Source: Dehalococcoidia bacterium
Lineage (GTDB): Bacteria > Chloroflexota > Dehalococcoidia > Lucifugimonadales > UBA3495
Direction of reading: 5' to 3'
NCBI GenBank assembly: GCA_965203975.1
Contig: CBDBDT010000001.1
Coordinates: 648,029 to 712,028 of the forward strand
Length of the DNA stretch: 64,000 bases
Shown here: piece after piece, positions 9,479-18,678 of the stretch
Layout of the letters: each line of letters begins with the position of its first letter
Position numbering within the stretch: position 1 is the first letter of the stretch
Program-made: the position numbers and the translations under genes
The notes under the pieces: model-generated
Seen by the model: the letters and a program-made list of their open reading frames with translations, nothing else
Database searches by the model: none
What the model was told of the DNA's origin: nothing

Positions 9479-10930
9479 TCAGACGCGGCGCAACAGCTCT
9501 TCTTCCAGCTTGGTAAGGTCGAAGGACTCGCTGTCCGCGGCGACGCGGGCGTCGCCTTCCCGGACCATGATCTCGGCTTCGGTCTCCTCCAACTGTTCGG
9601 GAAGCTCCTCCTCCATGGCGCGGCGGCGCTGGACGTCGCGGGCGTGTTCCACGAAGAGACGGCGCATGGCGACAACCACCGAGTCGGTGGAGGACAGGTA
9701 CTCGGGCAAGTCGTACTGGACGTACTTCTCCGCGTCGTAGTCCTGATTGCGGAAGTTGAAGTTGAGCTCCCAGTTGCGGTAGGGCCAGGTGACGGTGCTC
9801 CAGAGGCGGCGGAAGATGCTGGGGGGCTGGGAGTACCGCTCGACGTTGAGGTAGACCATGCGGGTGAGGTTGTCCTCGACGGGCACGGCCCAACGGGTGC
9901 TGCGGAAGAACCTGGCGTTGCCGCCGGTGCGGGACATACCGGGAAGGCGGGTGCCGTTCCACTCGTTTACGTCCGGGGTGTCGGTGGCCTGCTCCGCCTG
10001 GAGGCGTCCCGCGGCCTGCCCACGCTTCTCCGCCTTGCGGTCCCAGATCCAGGTCCACAGGAGGCGCCAGCGGTGGAGGGGCCAGACCCCGTCCACGCCG
10101 GGGTAGTACATCTGGTAGGGGACGTTGCCGTTCTCGTCCTCGTAGAACTTTTCCACCGAGGACTTGCCGCGCCCGGGACGGTAGTGGACGTTCTTGTTGT
10201 TGACGATGTTGACCCGGTATCCCAGGGGAGTGCGGGGACGTCCGCCCAGACGGCTCTTGAGGATGCGGAGGGCGTTGCGGTGGACCATAAAGGCGTTGTG
10301 GGCGTCCATGGTGTTTTCCAGCACCAGGACCCAGTTGCAGTCGAACATGGTGAAGACGGGGCGGAAGATGTTGTGGGGCTCGAACATCTCCGGCGGGATG
10401 TCCTCCTGGGGGTCGACCGGCTCTCCGTCGCCCATCCAGACGAAGACCATGCCCTTGATGGTGACGGTGGGGAACTTGCGGGCCTTCATGCCGGGCGCGC
10501 CGGCCATCTTGGAATCCGGGCCCTCGGTGAGGAAGGCCACGCAGTTGCCATCGCCGTCGAAGGTGGCCCCGTGGTAGGGGCAGGTGACGAATCCCTCAAA
10601 GTAGCAGCGGCCCATGGAGAGGTAGACGGCCCGGTGGGGGCACCAGTCAAGAAGGGCCTGCACCTCGCCCTTGGTGTCGCGGAAGAACACGACGTCGGTG
10701 CCCAGCATCCGCAGGACCTCGGGCTTGTCCTTCTTGACGTCTTTGGCGGGCAGGGCGGGATACCAGTACTCGCGGTAGCCGGTGGGCGGGATGCGGCTAC
10801 GCCGGTCGCCGGGGTCGTCATGCTTCTGGAAGGGCGGGGTCTGGTCGAATCCCTGGGTCCCCCGACGCATATGCTTGTAACCGCCCGGGTAGCCGGACAA
10901 GGGCTTCATCAACAGCTTTCCGAGACCCAT
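9479..10930 (-). CDS. Rieske [2Fe-2S] non-haem-iron oxygenase alpha-subunit-like
   Basis: Rieske motif CPH-x17-CPYH (WCPHRAVYLSMGRCYFEGFVTCPYHG). Start chosen at the second ATG, 10 nt after GGAGG. Confidence 0.85.
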   Translation of the reverse strand: MGLGKLLMKPLSGYPGGYKHMRRGTQGFDQTPPFQKHDDPGDRRSRIPPTGYREYWYPALPAKDVKKDKPEVLRMLGTDVVFFRDTKGEVQALLDWCPHRAVYLSMGRCYFEGFVTCPYHGATFDGDGNCVAFLTEGPDSKMAGAPGMKARKFPTVTIKGMVFVWMGDGEPVDPQEDIPPEMFEPHNIFRPVFTMFDCNWVLVLENTMDAHNAFMVHRNALRILKSRLGGRPRTPLGYRVNIVNNKNVHYRPGRGKSSVEKFYEDENGNVPYQMYYPGVDGVWPLHRWRLLWTWIWDRKAEKRGQAAGRLQAEQATDTPDVNEWNGTRLPGMSRTGGNARFFRSTRWAVPVEDNLTRMVYLNVERYSQPPSIFRRLWSTVTWPYRNWELNFNFRNQDYDAEKYVQYDLPEYLSSTDSVVVAMRRLFVEHARDVQRRRAMEEELPEQLEETEAEIMVREGDARVAADSESFDLTKLEEELLRRV

Positions 10931-11073
10931 GACTGTCATTCCTCCGGGTGTTCTGCATCCTCCTCCGGGAAGCTCCGGGAGGATGGATGGGAGTAGTGGA
11001 TTTGGGAAAAATGCTACCAGAAATGTCAAGGAGGGCAAGCGAAGATTGAGGGGTCATCATCCATCAGGACGGC

Positions 11074-11913
11074 TCAAAAAGGATAAGGCTGGCCGCCGCC
11101 GACAGGGAGGACCTGTCCGGTGATGTAGGAGGCGTCGTTGGAGGCGAGGAAGGCGATGGCCGCGGCCTGCTCGGCAGCTTCTCCCCGGCGGCCCATGGGG
11201 ATCTCCACCAGGCGGGTCTCCTGGCGGTAGCGTTCCTGGTAGTCCATTTCCTCCTGGGGCAGGGTGGGAACGTCCACTTCGACGCCGTAGTCCCGGGGGG
11301 TTACCCGGTCCTCGGCGAGGCTGCCGCTGGGGGCAACGCAGTTGACCCGGACGCCTAGGTGGGCGACCTCCCGGGCCAGGGAACTGGTCAGTCCGATCTG
11401 CCCGGCCTTGGCGGCAGCGTAGGGGACGCGAAAGGCTCCGGTGACGGCGTGGGTGGCGATGTTGACAATGGAGCCGGACCGCTGCTCGATCATATAGGGC
11501 AATACGGCGCGGCAGCACCACATGGCGGTCCAGAAGCTCTTGTTAATCTCGGCCTCGATCTGGTCCGGGGTATAGTACTGGAAGGACTGGAACCAGATGG
11601 TGCCGCCCGCGACGTTGGCGAGAACGTCAATCCGTCCGAACTCCTCGTGGGCGCGGGCCATCAATGCCTCGGCGTTTTCCCATTTGGACAGCTCTCCCAG
11701 GGCGACGATGCACTGGCCGCCGAAGTCACGGACCTCCTGGCAGACCTTCTGAGACGTGGCCTCCACCATGTCGCCAATGACGATGGAAGCCCCTTCCTGG
11801 GCCATGCGCCGCACCGTGGCGGAGCCGATGCCCTGTCCCCCGCCGGTTACGACGCAAACCTTGCCTTCAAAACGACGCCCGCCCGCCGCCCGTGGATCCA
11901 AGACATCAGCCAT
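11074..11913 (-). CDS. SDR family oxidoreductase
   Basis: TGGGQGIGSATV cofactor motif and catalytic YAAAK. Start at ATG 11913 (MADVLDP...) behind GGGAG. Confidence 0.9.
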   Translation of the reverse strand: MADVLDPRAAGGRRFEGKVCVVTGGGQGIGSATVRRMAQEGASIVIGDMVEATSQKVCQEVRDFGGQCIVALGELSKWENAEALMARAHEEFGRIDVLANVAGGTIWFQSFQYYTPDQIEAEINKSFWTAMWCCRAVLPYMIEQRSGSIVNIATHAVTGAFRVPYAAAKAGQIGLTSSLAREVAHLGVRVNCVAPSGSLAEDRVTPRDYGVEVDVPTLPQEEMDYQERYRQETRLVEIPMGRRGEAAEQAAAIAFLASNDASYITGQVLPVGGGQPYPF

Positions 11914-11927
11914 GCTGCTACTCCCGG

Positions 11928-12353
11928 TTACCAGTCCAGGTTTTCGGTGCGTTGCTGGAGGACCTCGCCAAACAGGGTCAATACCTGATCGACCCGGAGC
12001 ACGACCGCGCACCCATCGCCCTGGGGGTCCTGGATGAGACCCGCCTCGGACAGCCGGGTGATGACGTCGTTGTTGACCGGTCCGTCCCGGTGGACCTCGG
12101 CGGTGCATCGGAATTTCCACCCGATGCCGCTGGCGGAATCGCGGTACAGCAGGACGACCCGGGGGCTTTCCTCCAATTCCCGGGGATTGCCCCGCTCCCG
12201 GTAGGCGAGGGACTGGTCATCGTAGACGATGATGGTGCCCCGGTAGCCGGCATTGGGGGTCCCGTCTGCGGAGGCGGTGGCCATGATGCAGGGGTTGCCG
12301 TTGTCCCGGGCGTGGTTGATGTGCCGGCGCATTTCGTCAGTGAGCTGGATCAT
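11928..12353 (-). CDS. pyridoxamine-5'-phosphate-oxidase-like (split-barrel flavin-binding) protein
   Basis: The MIQLTDEMRRHINHARDNGNPCIMATASADGTPNAGYRG pattern is typical of PNPOx-like family members. The upstream part of the track ORF looks non-coding. Confidence 0.7.
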   Translation of the reverse strand: MIQLTDEMRRHINHARDNGNPCIMATASADGTPNAGYRGTIIVYDDQSLAYRERGNPRELEESPRVVLLYRDSASGIGWKFRCTAEVHRDGPVNNDVITRLSEAGLIQDPQGDGCAVVLRVDQVLTLFGEVLQQRTENLDW

Positions 12354-13197
12354 GTCAGCCGCCTTGAAGCCTCCAGAGATTTTGGCGTATTTTAACACCG
12401 CTTTGACGTTCTCTTCCGATGCCTTCCTTCCCTTCGACCCCGACTGGTTCCGGGACTTCTTCACCGGGTCCGCCCTGGACTTTGTCCGGTTTTCCCGCGA
12501 CGAGGAGACCACGATTGCGGAGGCCCGGTTTGTAGAACAGGCTCTTGGACTCTCCCCCGGGGACAGGGTGCTGGATGTTCCCTGTGGGGGCGGGCGGATG
12601 GCCCTGGAACTGGCGGCGCGGGGGTTGGACGTGACCGGCGTGGACTTCAGCGCGGAGCTGTTGGAGACGGCGCGGCGGGGAGTGTCGGACCGGGACCTGC
12701 CCGTGGCATGGGAGCGGCGGGACATGCGGGACCTGCCCTGGGAGGGCGGGTTCGACGCGGTGCTGTGCTGGTGGAACAGCTTCGGCTACTTCGACGATCC
12801 GGGGAACGCTGGCTTCCTGCGGGCGGTGTTCCGGGCGCTGAAGCCCGGTGGGCGGTTCCTGCTGGATACCCCGCTGGTGGAGACCAGCCTGGCTGACATG
12901 GAGCCGCAGCAGCGCACCTGGTATTCGGTCGGCGAGCTGGTGGCCCTGGAGGAGCGGGACTACGACCACGAAACGGGACGTTTGGAGTCGGAGTGGACCT
13001 TCATCCACGGCGGGAGGACGGAAAAGCGGCGGTTTTCGCTCCGGCTCTACACCTACCGGGAGTTGGCGGCGCTGTTGCGGGAAGCCGGGTTCGGCGCCCT
13101 GCGGGCCTACGGGTCCCTCGACGGGGAACCCTTCGAGCTGGGGGCGCCGTGGTTGTATCTGGTCGCGGAGAAAGCCCCCGCTCAACCAGCAGGTTAA
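12352..13197 (+). CDS. class I SAM-dependent methyltransferase
   Basis: Motif I VLDVPCGGGRMALELA. The start is uncertain: ATG 12352 overlaps the divergent gene's ATG, and an in-frame TTG at 12403 is an alternative. Confidence 0.8.
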   Translation: MSAALKPPEILAYFNTALTFSSDAFLPFDPDWFRDFFTGSALDFVRFSRDEETTIAEARFVEQALGLSPGDRVLDVPCGGGRMALELAARGLDVTGVDFSAELLETARRGVSDRDLPVAWERRDMRDLPWEGGFDAVLCWWNSFGYFDDPGNAGFLRAVFRALKPGGRFLLDTPLVETSLADMEPQQRTWYSVGELVALEERDYDHETGRLESEWTFIHGGRTEKRRFSLRLYTYRELAALLREAGFGALRAYGSLDGEPFELGAPWLYLVAEKAPAQPAG

Positions 13198-13219
13198 TCC
13201 ATCGTCCGGGATCCGGCGG

Positions 13220-13735
13220 TTAGCGGGAGGGCGGCGGGTGGTCGTTCATGTCCAGCGGCTGGCCGTTGAGGGAGATGGTGTCGCGGAACAGCTCCGGGCG
13301 GCCAATGGTCTGCCGGACATAACACCCGTTGCGGGCGTTGCGGACCAGGCCGGCAATCCGCTCCGGCGGCTCAGACGATTCTATTTCATAGCTGATCTCG
13401 ATTTTGTCCGCCCGCGCCTGGATGGTCTGGGCGAGGACGGACCCCTCGGCTCCGACGCTGAGGGCGATGTGGGCCTGCACCTTGTCGACGGAGACCTTCA
13501 TCATCTGAGCGTACCGCTCAAGCTGGGTCATCTCTCAAAAGAGGATGGACGAGGCAAAGTAGGCCAGGGGCGACGGCGCGGAGTTGTCGCCGTTGGGCTC
13601 CCGCTCGTCGCAATGGATGGTGAATCCCCTGACGTAGGACTCCTTCTTCATCCGGTCCATCATGCGGGCGTCGGCTTCGACGGTGATGGCGCGGGAAACC
13701 CGGTCGGGATTGGAGGCGGGGGCCGGCGTGGTCAT
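13220..13735 (-). CDS. OsmC-family peroxiredoxin-like protein with in-frame TGA (13535..13537) at the first catalytic Cys position; candidate selenoprotein (or nonsense pseudogene)
   Basis: Track ORFs 13535..13807 and 13220..13531 are in one frame, separated only by TGA-GAG. The join reads ...DNSAPSPLAYFASSILF-[TGA]-EMTQLERY... The second conserved Cys is retained (NARNGCYVRQ). Start taken at ATG 13735 behind AGGAG. Confidence 0.6.
13491..13534 (-). promoter_or_regulatory. SECIS-like stem-loop immediately 3' of the in-frame UGA
   Basis: On the mRNA the outer helix is GAGAU/GUCUC. The upper helix is a perfect 6-bp UGAGCG/CGCUCA (13506..13520) capped by a G-U-A loop, with G and U at +24/+25 from the U of UGA. 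Confidence 0.4.
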
Positions 13736-13887
13736 GGCTACGCTCCTGGAGGCAAGGAATGCCCGGGAGTATAGCACGGCAGTCCAAGAAACCTCAGAAT
13801 GGGACATCAGTGCGGTAGGCGGGTCTTAATCCGAGAAGGAAACGCCCGAGTTTAAGGTGTGAGGGTTAGGCATCACCCCCATCCTAA

Positions 13888-13909
13888 CCTTCCCCGTCAA
13901 GGGGGAAGG
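13888..13909 (-). terminator. GC-rich hairpin downstream of the GH15 gene
   Basis: CCTTCCCC-GTCAAG-GGGGAAGG: 8-bp stem, 18 nt after the GH15 stop. Only a weak U tract follows. Confidence 0.35.
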
Positions 13910-13927
13910 GACTTGTTCAGAGGTTCC

Positions 13928-15778
13928 CTAGTTGGGACGGATGCGGTGCCGGCGGCGGGTGGGAGTGTCGGCGATGTAGCCGGACAGGTTGAGGGCGGTG
14001 TGGATGAGGCCGATGTGGGAGTAGGCCTGGGGGAAGTTGCCGAGCTGTCTCTGGGAACTCTTCTCGTACATTTCGGCGAACAGTCCCAGGTGGTTGGCGC
14101 ACTTGGTAATCATCTCGTGGAAGTAGTCCATAGCCCGGTCGGTCTGGCCGGTGTAAATCAGGTTGCCCATCAGCCAGAAGCTGAGGAGGGTGAATGCCCC
14201 CTCCGGCTGGCCTTCCAGGCCGTCGTCGGTCTCCCCGGGCAAGTAGCGCCAGACCAGGGGGCCGTCGGTGAGTTCGCGCTCGATGGCGTCCACGTTCTGC
14301 CGGATGCGGGGGTCATTCCTTTCCAACAGACCCATAAAGGGTATGGCGAGGTTGGAGGCGTCCAGCGCGTGGCTGCCGTAACGCTGGCGGAAGGCTTTCT
14401 TGTTGGCGCTCCAGCCCCGGTCCAGGATTTCGGCCTTGATGGTGTCGGCGGTGAGGGACCAGCGGCGGTAACAATCACGCTCACCCTGGGCGGCGGCGAT
14501 GTAGGCGGCGTTGTCGAGGGCGGCCCAGCACATCACCTTGGAATAGACGAAGTGTTGCTGCTCCCCGCGGACTTCCCACACGCCCCGATCCCTGCGGCGC
14601 CAGTTCTCCATGACGGTCTCTGCCAGTGAATGGACCAGCTCCCAGGCATCGTCGGGAATCCGCCCGTGGAGGAGCTGAAGGGAGTGGATGGACAGAATGA
14701 CCTCGCCGAACACGTCCATCTGGATGTGCTCGGCCGCGGCGTTGCCGATGCGGACAGGCCGGGAGTTCTCGTATCCCTTGAGGTGGTCCAGGGTGTATTC
14801 CTTCAGGGATGAATCGGGGTGGATGCCGTAGACGATGCGGGTGCGGGTGCGGTGGAGCTGGCACTGTTCCAGCAGCCAGTGGATGTACCGGTCGGCTCCG
14901 TAGGCGTCTCCCAGCCGGTAGAGACAGTCCACGGTGAAGCTGGTGTCCCGCAGCCAGGAAAAGCGGTAATCCCAGTTGCGGGTCCCGCCGATGGTCTCGG
15001 GAAGGCTGGCGGTGGGGGCGGCAACGATGGCGCCGGTGGGACGGTACATCATCAGGTGCAGCACTAGGAAAGACCGGACCACCTGCTCCCGCCACAGTCC
15101 CTCGTAGTCCATGCCGGCCACCAGGGTCTGCCAGTAGTCGCGGGTCTGCCGGAGGCGTTCTTCGGTCCGGTACCGCTCCAGGCCGGCGGGACGGCCGTGG
15201 CCGTACGCAAGGACAAAGGTGGCCTGTTCCCCCTGGGACAGGAGGAAATCGCAGGCGACGCCGTGGTCGTCGAAGGGAAGGGCGATGCTGCCCAGCAGGG
15301 TCATTGGCTGCCTGCCTCCGCTGACCTCAATGGCCCTTCCTGCCGGGGCGCTCATGTGGGGACGGAACCTGGGCGCGGCCCGAGCGTAGTCGGGCCGGGG
15401 CTGGAAAACGCAGCGGAGGCCCACCGCCCCGGCCCGGCAGGTGACTATGCGGTGAATTTCGGGAGGGGTGCGCGGCGCTTCGTCGGGGTTGCCGTCCTCG
15501 TCGTCATCGGAAATGGGCATGAAGTCGGTGACGGAAACGACGCCGGAGGCCGTTGTAAAGACGGTTTCCAGGATGTTGGTGTCGGGAAGGTACTGCTGGC
15601 GGGTTTCGGTGCACGGGCCGGTGGGGGCGATCTGAAATCGGCCGCCAATGTCATCGTCGAGGATGGCCGCGAAAACGCTGGGGGAGTCGAAACGGGGCAG
15701 GCAACACCAGTCTACGGAGCCGTCGGTTCCGACAAGCGCCGCCGAAGACATATCGCCTATCAGCCCGTAGTGGTACAA
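13928..15778 (-). CDS. glycoside hydrolase family 15 (glucoamylase/trehalase-like)
   Basis: The N-terminus YGLIGDMSSAALVGTDGSVDWCCLPRFDSPSVFAAILD is the characteristic GH15 pattern. 616 aa with an apparent TTG start. Confidence 0.9.
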   Translation of the reverse strand: MYHYGLIGDMSSAALVGTDGSVDWCCLPRFDSPSVFAAILDDDIGGRFQIAPTGPCTETRQQYLPDTNILETVFTTASGVVSVTDFMPISDDDEDGNPDEAPRTPPEIHRIVTCRAGAVGLRCVFQPRPDYARAAPRFRPHMSAPAGRAIEVSGGRQPMTLLGSIALPFDDHGVACDFLLSQGEQATFVLAYGHGRPAGLERYRTEERLRQTRDYWQTLVAGMDYEGLWREQVVRSFLVLHLMMYRPTGAIVAAPTASLPETIGGTRNWDYRFSWLRDTSFTVDCLYRLGDAYGADRYIHWLLEQCQLHRTRTRIVYGIHPDSSLKEYTLDHLKGYENSRPVRIGNAAAEHIQMDVFGEVILSIHSLQLLHGRIPDDAWELVHSLAETVMENWRRRDRGVWEVRGEQQHFVYSKVMCWAALDNAAYIAAAQGERDCYRRWSLTADTIKAEILDRGWSANKKAFRQRYGSHALDASNLAIPFMGLLERNDPRIRQNVDAIERELTDGPLVWRYLPGETDDGLEGQPEGAFTLLSFWLMGNLIYTGQTDRAMDYFHEMITKCANHLGLFAEMYEKSSQRQLGNFPQAYSHIGLIHTALNLSGYIADTPTRRRHRIRPN

Positions 15779-15869
15779 ATTTCATGCTTTGCGTGGATAT
15801 TGCCAGGCAATCCAACTGTATCATCGCGGCCCGGCGGGATGCAATGACGAAACCGGCGTACTCGCGCCA

Positions 15870-15896
15870 GTTGCCGCCCGGAACCCGGGCGGCAAC
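15870..15896. terminator. perfect 12-bp GC-rich hairpin between RidA and GH15 genes
   Basis: GTTGCCGCCCGG-AAC-CCGGGCGGCAAC. No clear U tract. Confidence 0.4.
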
Positions 15897-15902
15897 CCTG
15901 GT

Positions 15903-16298
15903 TTATCCCAGTTCCGCGATGGCTTCGATTTCCACGTCCAGCCCCGCTTCTGCCAGGGCGGTGATTTCGACCAGGGTGTTGGCGGGGAACTGGCCCTGGA
16001 AATACTCGTTGAAGAGGGCTTCCTGCCGTTCCCGATCCGCTCGCCAGTCGGGAATGCTGGTCACGAAGGTGGTGATCTTGACGATATCCCCGGGCGAGCC
16101 CCCTTCCTCGGAAAGGATGCGCATGATGCGGTCCAGCGTGACCTGCAACTGCTCCATCATGGACTGGCCCTGGGCTTCCGTGCCCCGGGCGGTGCATCCG
16201 GCGATGAACAGCAGGCTGCCCGCCCGCACGGAGCGGCTGAAGGTGGAGCCGGAGGGGGCGATGTGGGGGTAGTTCTTCCGTATCTTTTCCATTCTCAT
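15903..16298 (-). CDS. RidA/YjgF family protein
   Basis: 131 aa with the RSVRAGSLLFIAG...TTFV...VEIEAIA pattern typical of RidA. AGGAG precedes the ATG. Confidence 0.9.
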   Translation of the reverse strand: MRMEKIRKNYPHIAPSGSTFSRSVRAGSLLFIAGCTARGTEAQGQSMMEQLQVTLDRIMRILSEEGGSPGDIVKITTFVTSIPDWRADRERQEALFNEYFQGQFPANTLVEITALAEAGLDVEIEAIAELG

Positions 16299-16518
16299 GC
16301 TCCTATCAGGATTCGGGCACGAAGTTTGGGCCAGAGTACACCGGGTCGGGCCGTGGGCGCTACTTGTGGCCGGCGGTGGCGGATGGGAATCCTCCCTTGC
16401 CCTGGATGGAAATCGGTTCGTTGTGTTGGCTTCAAGCGGGTGTTAATATCCGGCCATACCGGAACTGGGATCGGATGTTCCCCGGAAGGCGGTGGCCGAT
16501 CCAGATGAGGAGTTGACC

Positions 16519-17406
16519 GTGCCCTACGCCAACATCGACGGGGTCAACCTGTACTACGAGGAATACGGCAGCGGTCCGGCGGTCATGCTGACCCCGGGCG
16601 GGAGGGTGGACCACAACGGCCTGCGGCCCATGGCCGCCCTGCTTTCGCCCCACTGCCGGGTCATCATCCACGACCGGCGCAACTGCGGCAAGTCCGACGT
16701 GGTCATCGGCGGCGAACTGTCGGAGCAGCACCTGTGGGCCGAGGAGATGGCGGCCCTTTTGAAGCACCTGGATGCGGCTCCTGCCTACCTGGCCGGAGGT
16801 TCGGCGGGTTCCCGCACCTCGCTCACGGTGGCGGTGCGGCACCCGGAAATGGTCAAGGGAGTGTTCATCTGGGAGGTTTCCGGCGGACCCAGGAGCGCAG
16901 AGCTGATGTCTCCCGGCTATTACGGGCAGTACATCGAGGCGGCGGAGCGGGGCGGGATGCCTGCCGTGGCCGACACCGAGTTCTTCGAGCAGCGCATCCG
17001 GGACAACGCCGACAACCTGGAGAAGATACTGTCCATGGACCCGGAGGAGTTTTGCACCGTGATGGGCCGCTGGCGGGACCAGTTCTCCCGGCCCAACCCG
17101 GTGGGTGACCTGACAGAGGAGCAGCTGCGGTCCATATCATGCCCGGTGCTGGCCTTTGAGGGAAACACGCCGGACGACGTCCACCACAGGTCCGCGGCGG
17201 AGAACGTGAAGCGGCTAGTCCCCAACGCCGAGCTGGTCCCGTCGGCGTGGACCGACGAGGAGTGGGCGGTCATCGGGCAGCACGACAACACCTTCCCCGG
17301 CATCGCCGCCACCAACCGCCATCACATGAAGTCCACCTTCTACGCTGCGCGGCTGCTGGAGTTCATAACCAGGGTCGAGGCCCAGCAGCCTTCCGCCGTG
17401 GCCTAG
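16519..17406 (+). CDS. alpha/beta hydrolase
   Basis: Nucleophile elbow GGSAGS. GTG 16519 lies 6 nt after GAGGAG; the track start 16492 is also possible. Confidence 0.8.
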   Translation: MPYANIDGVNLYYEEYGSGPAVMLTPGGRVDHNGLRPMAALLSPHCRVIIHDRRNCGKSDVVIGGELSEQHLWAEEMAALLKHLDAAPAYLAGGSAGSRTSLTVAVRHPEMVKGVFIWEVSGGPRSAELMSPGYYGQYIEAAERGGMPAVADTEFFEQRIRDNADNLEKILSMDPEEFCTVMGRWRDQFSRPNPVGDLTEEQLRSISCPVLAFEGNTPDDVHHRSAAENVKRLVPNAELVPSAWTDEEWAVIGQHDNTFPGIAATNRHHMKSTFYAARLLEFITRVEAQQPSAVA

Positions 17407-17470
17407 CCGCAACAACCGCAATCAAAAGCCCAAATCCAAAACCACATCAAACCCAAAGAGGAGGGAAACA

Positions 17471-17812
17471 ATGGGAACGTTCCGACTTTACAGCGGGGAC
17501 GACGGCCAGTCCCACATCGAGACCATCGACCTGGATCAGACGCCGGATTGGAAGAGCGCCCAGGCTGCCACCCAGATCAGCTTCAGCGAGGCTGCCGCCG
17601 GTCGCTTTTCCGACTGGCACCCAGCGCCTCGCCGCCAGTTCGTAATCATCCTGTCGGGTCAGCTGGAGATCGGGTTGGGCGACGGCTCCAAGCACGTCTT
17701 CGGCCCCGGCGACGCCCGACTGGTGGAAGATACCACTGGCCAGGGTCACACCACCGCCACCTACGGCGACCAGTCCTGCGTCACCTGCACCATTCCCCTG
17801 GCCAACCAATAA
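17471..17812 (+). CDS. small cupin-like protein
   Basis: 113 aa with a strong SD (GAGGAGGG). Beta-rich with a GxxHxxxxG-like region. The family assignment is weak. Confidence 0.5.
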   Translation: MGTFRLYSGDDGQSHIETIDLDQTPDWKSAQAATQISFSEAAAGRFSDWHPAPRRQFVIILSGQLEIGLGDGSKHVFGPGDARLVEDTTGQGHTTATYGDQSCVTCTIPLANQ

Positions 17813-17903
17813 GTCCCGTCAGAGGCTAACAATTTGCGGGCCGGGGCGCGTTAGTCCCGGCCTTTCTGTTCATTGCGGTGTTCCAGGGATGGTGGGCGCG
17901 CTG

Positions 17904-18419
17904 CTACCGCATCCCTTCCATCAACCTCACCGTCATTACGCCTCTTTCCAGGTCCACTTGCCGCACCACGCTGGCGATGGCCGGGATGAGCACCTGTCCT
18001 GCCGGGCCGTTGACGACGTAGACGTCGTTGCTGCCCGTCTCGATGATCTCGGAGACTTCTCCAAGGACTTCTCCTTCCTCCGTGACCACCCGCAGCCCAA
18101 TGAGCTGGAAATGGAAGTATTCGCCCTCGGGCAGCGGGTCCACGGCGTCCCGGGGAACGGTCAGCCACTGTCCGGCCAGGGGGCGGGCCGCGGCCGGGGA
18201 GTTGATGCCGTCAAACCGCAGGATTAGCCGGTTGGGAGGGCGAGACAGGGTTTCGGTGATTGTGAGGGGGGTATCTTCCCAGTAGAGGGTCTGCCCGGGG
18301 TCGAAACGGTGGGGGTCGTCGCTGTGGACCCGGACGCGCACCTGCCCCTGGGAGCCGTGGACGCCCAGAACCAGCCCGACGGCAACATCGTTGTCGGAAT
18401 CGGGCCGGGGATGCTCCAA
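17904..18419 (-). CDS. rimM: 16S rRNA processing protein RimM
   Basis: VAVGLVLGVHGSQGQVRV...PLPEGEYFHFQLIGL...NDVYVV pattern. Position after rpsP-KH. TTG 18419 is assumed as the start. Confidence 0.85.
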   Translation of the reverse strand: MEHPRPDSDNDVAVGLVLGVHGSQGQVRVRVHSDDPHRFDPGQTLYWEDTPLTITETLSRPPNRLILRFDGINSPAAARPLAGQWLTVPRDAVDPLPEGEYFHFQLIGLRVVTEEGEVLGEVSEIIETGSNDVYVVNGPAGQVLIPAIASVVRQVDLERGVMTVRLMEGMR

Positions 18420-18438
18420 AGCGGGAAAAGGGGAGGGG

Positions 18439-18666
18439 CTAAACGATTTCCAGGATGGCCCGGGTGTCGTCCTTGACGGCGGAAACCCGGAGCAGGACCC
18501 GCATCGCCTGGGCGACCCGTCCCTGCCGGCCGATGACCTTGCCCTTGTCCTCGGGGGCGACTTCAAGCCGCAGGATCACCTGCCCGCCCTCCACCGACTC
18601 GGTCACCGTTACGGCGTCGGGGTCGCTGCACAGGGATTTGGCGATGTATTCGATGAGTTCTTTCAT
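18439..18666 (-). CDS. KH-domain RNA-binding protein (YlqC-like)
   Basis: 75 aa with GKVIGRQGRVAQAMR (GxxG KH motif). Lies between rpsP and rimM. Confidence 0.9.
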   Translation of the reverse strand: MKELIEYIAKSLCSDPDAVTVTESVEGGQVILRLEVAPEDKGKVIGRQGRVAQAMRVLLRVSAVKDDTRAILEIV

Positions 18667-18678
18667 GACTGGAGAGGA

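Noticed and set aside
9644-10996. 450-aa plus-strand ORF opposite the Rieske oxygenase gene
   Set aside because: This is a shadow ORF. The Rieske CPH-x17-CPYH motif is on the minus strand. The same reasoning rejects 40069..41379(-), 45760..47097(-), 59628..60761(-), 19381..20370(-), 53497..54447(-) and similar long antisense frames.
11914-12120. N-terminal 69-aa extension of the SDR ORF (track ORF 11074..12120)
   Set aside because: The extension overlaps the 3' end of the PNPOx-like gene and is Arg/Pro/Gly-rich. ATG 11913 (MADVLDP...) has an SD and gives a normal SDR length.
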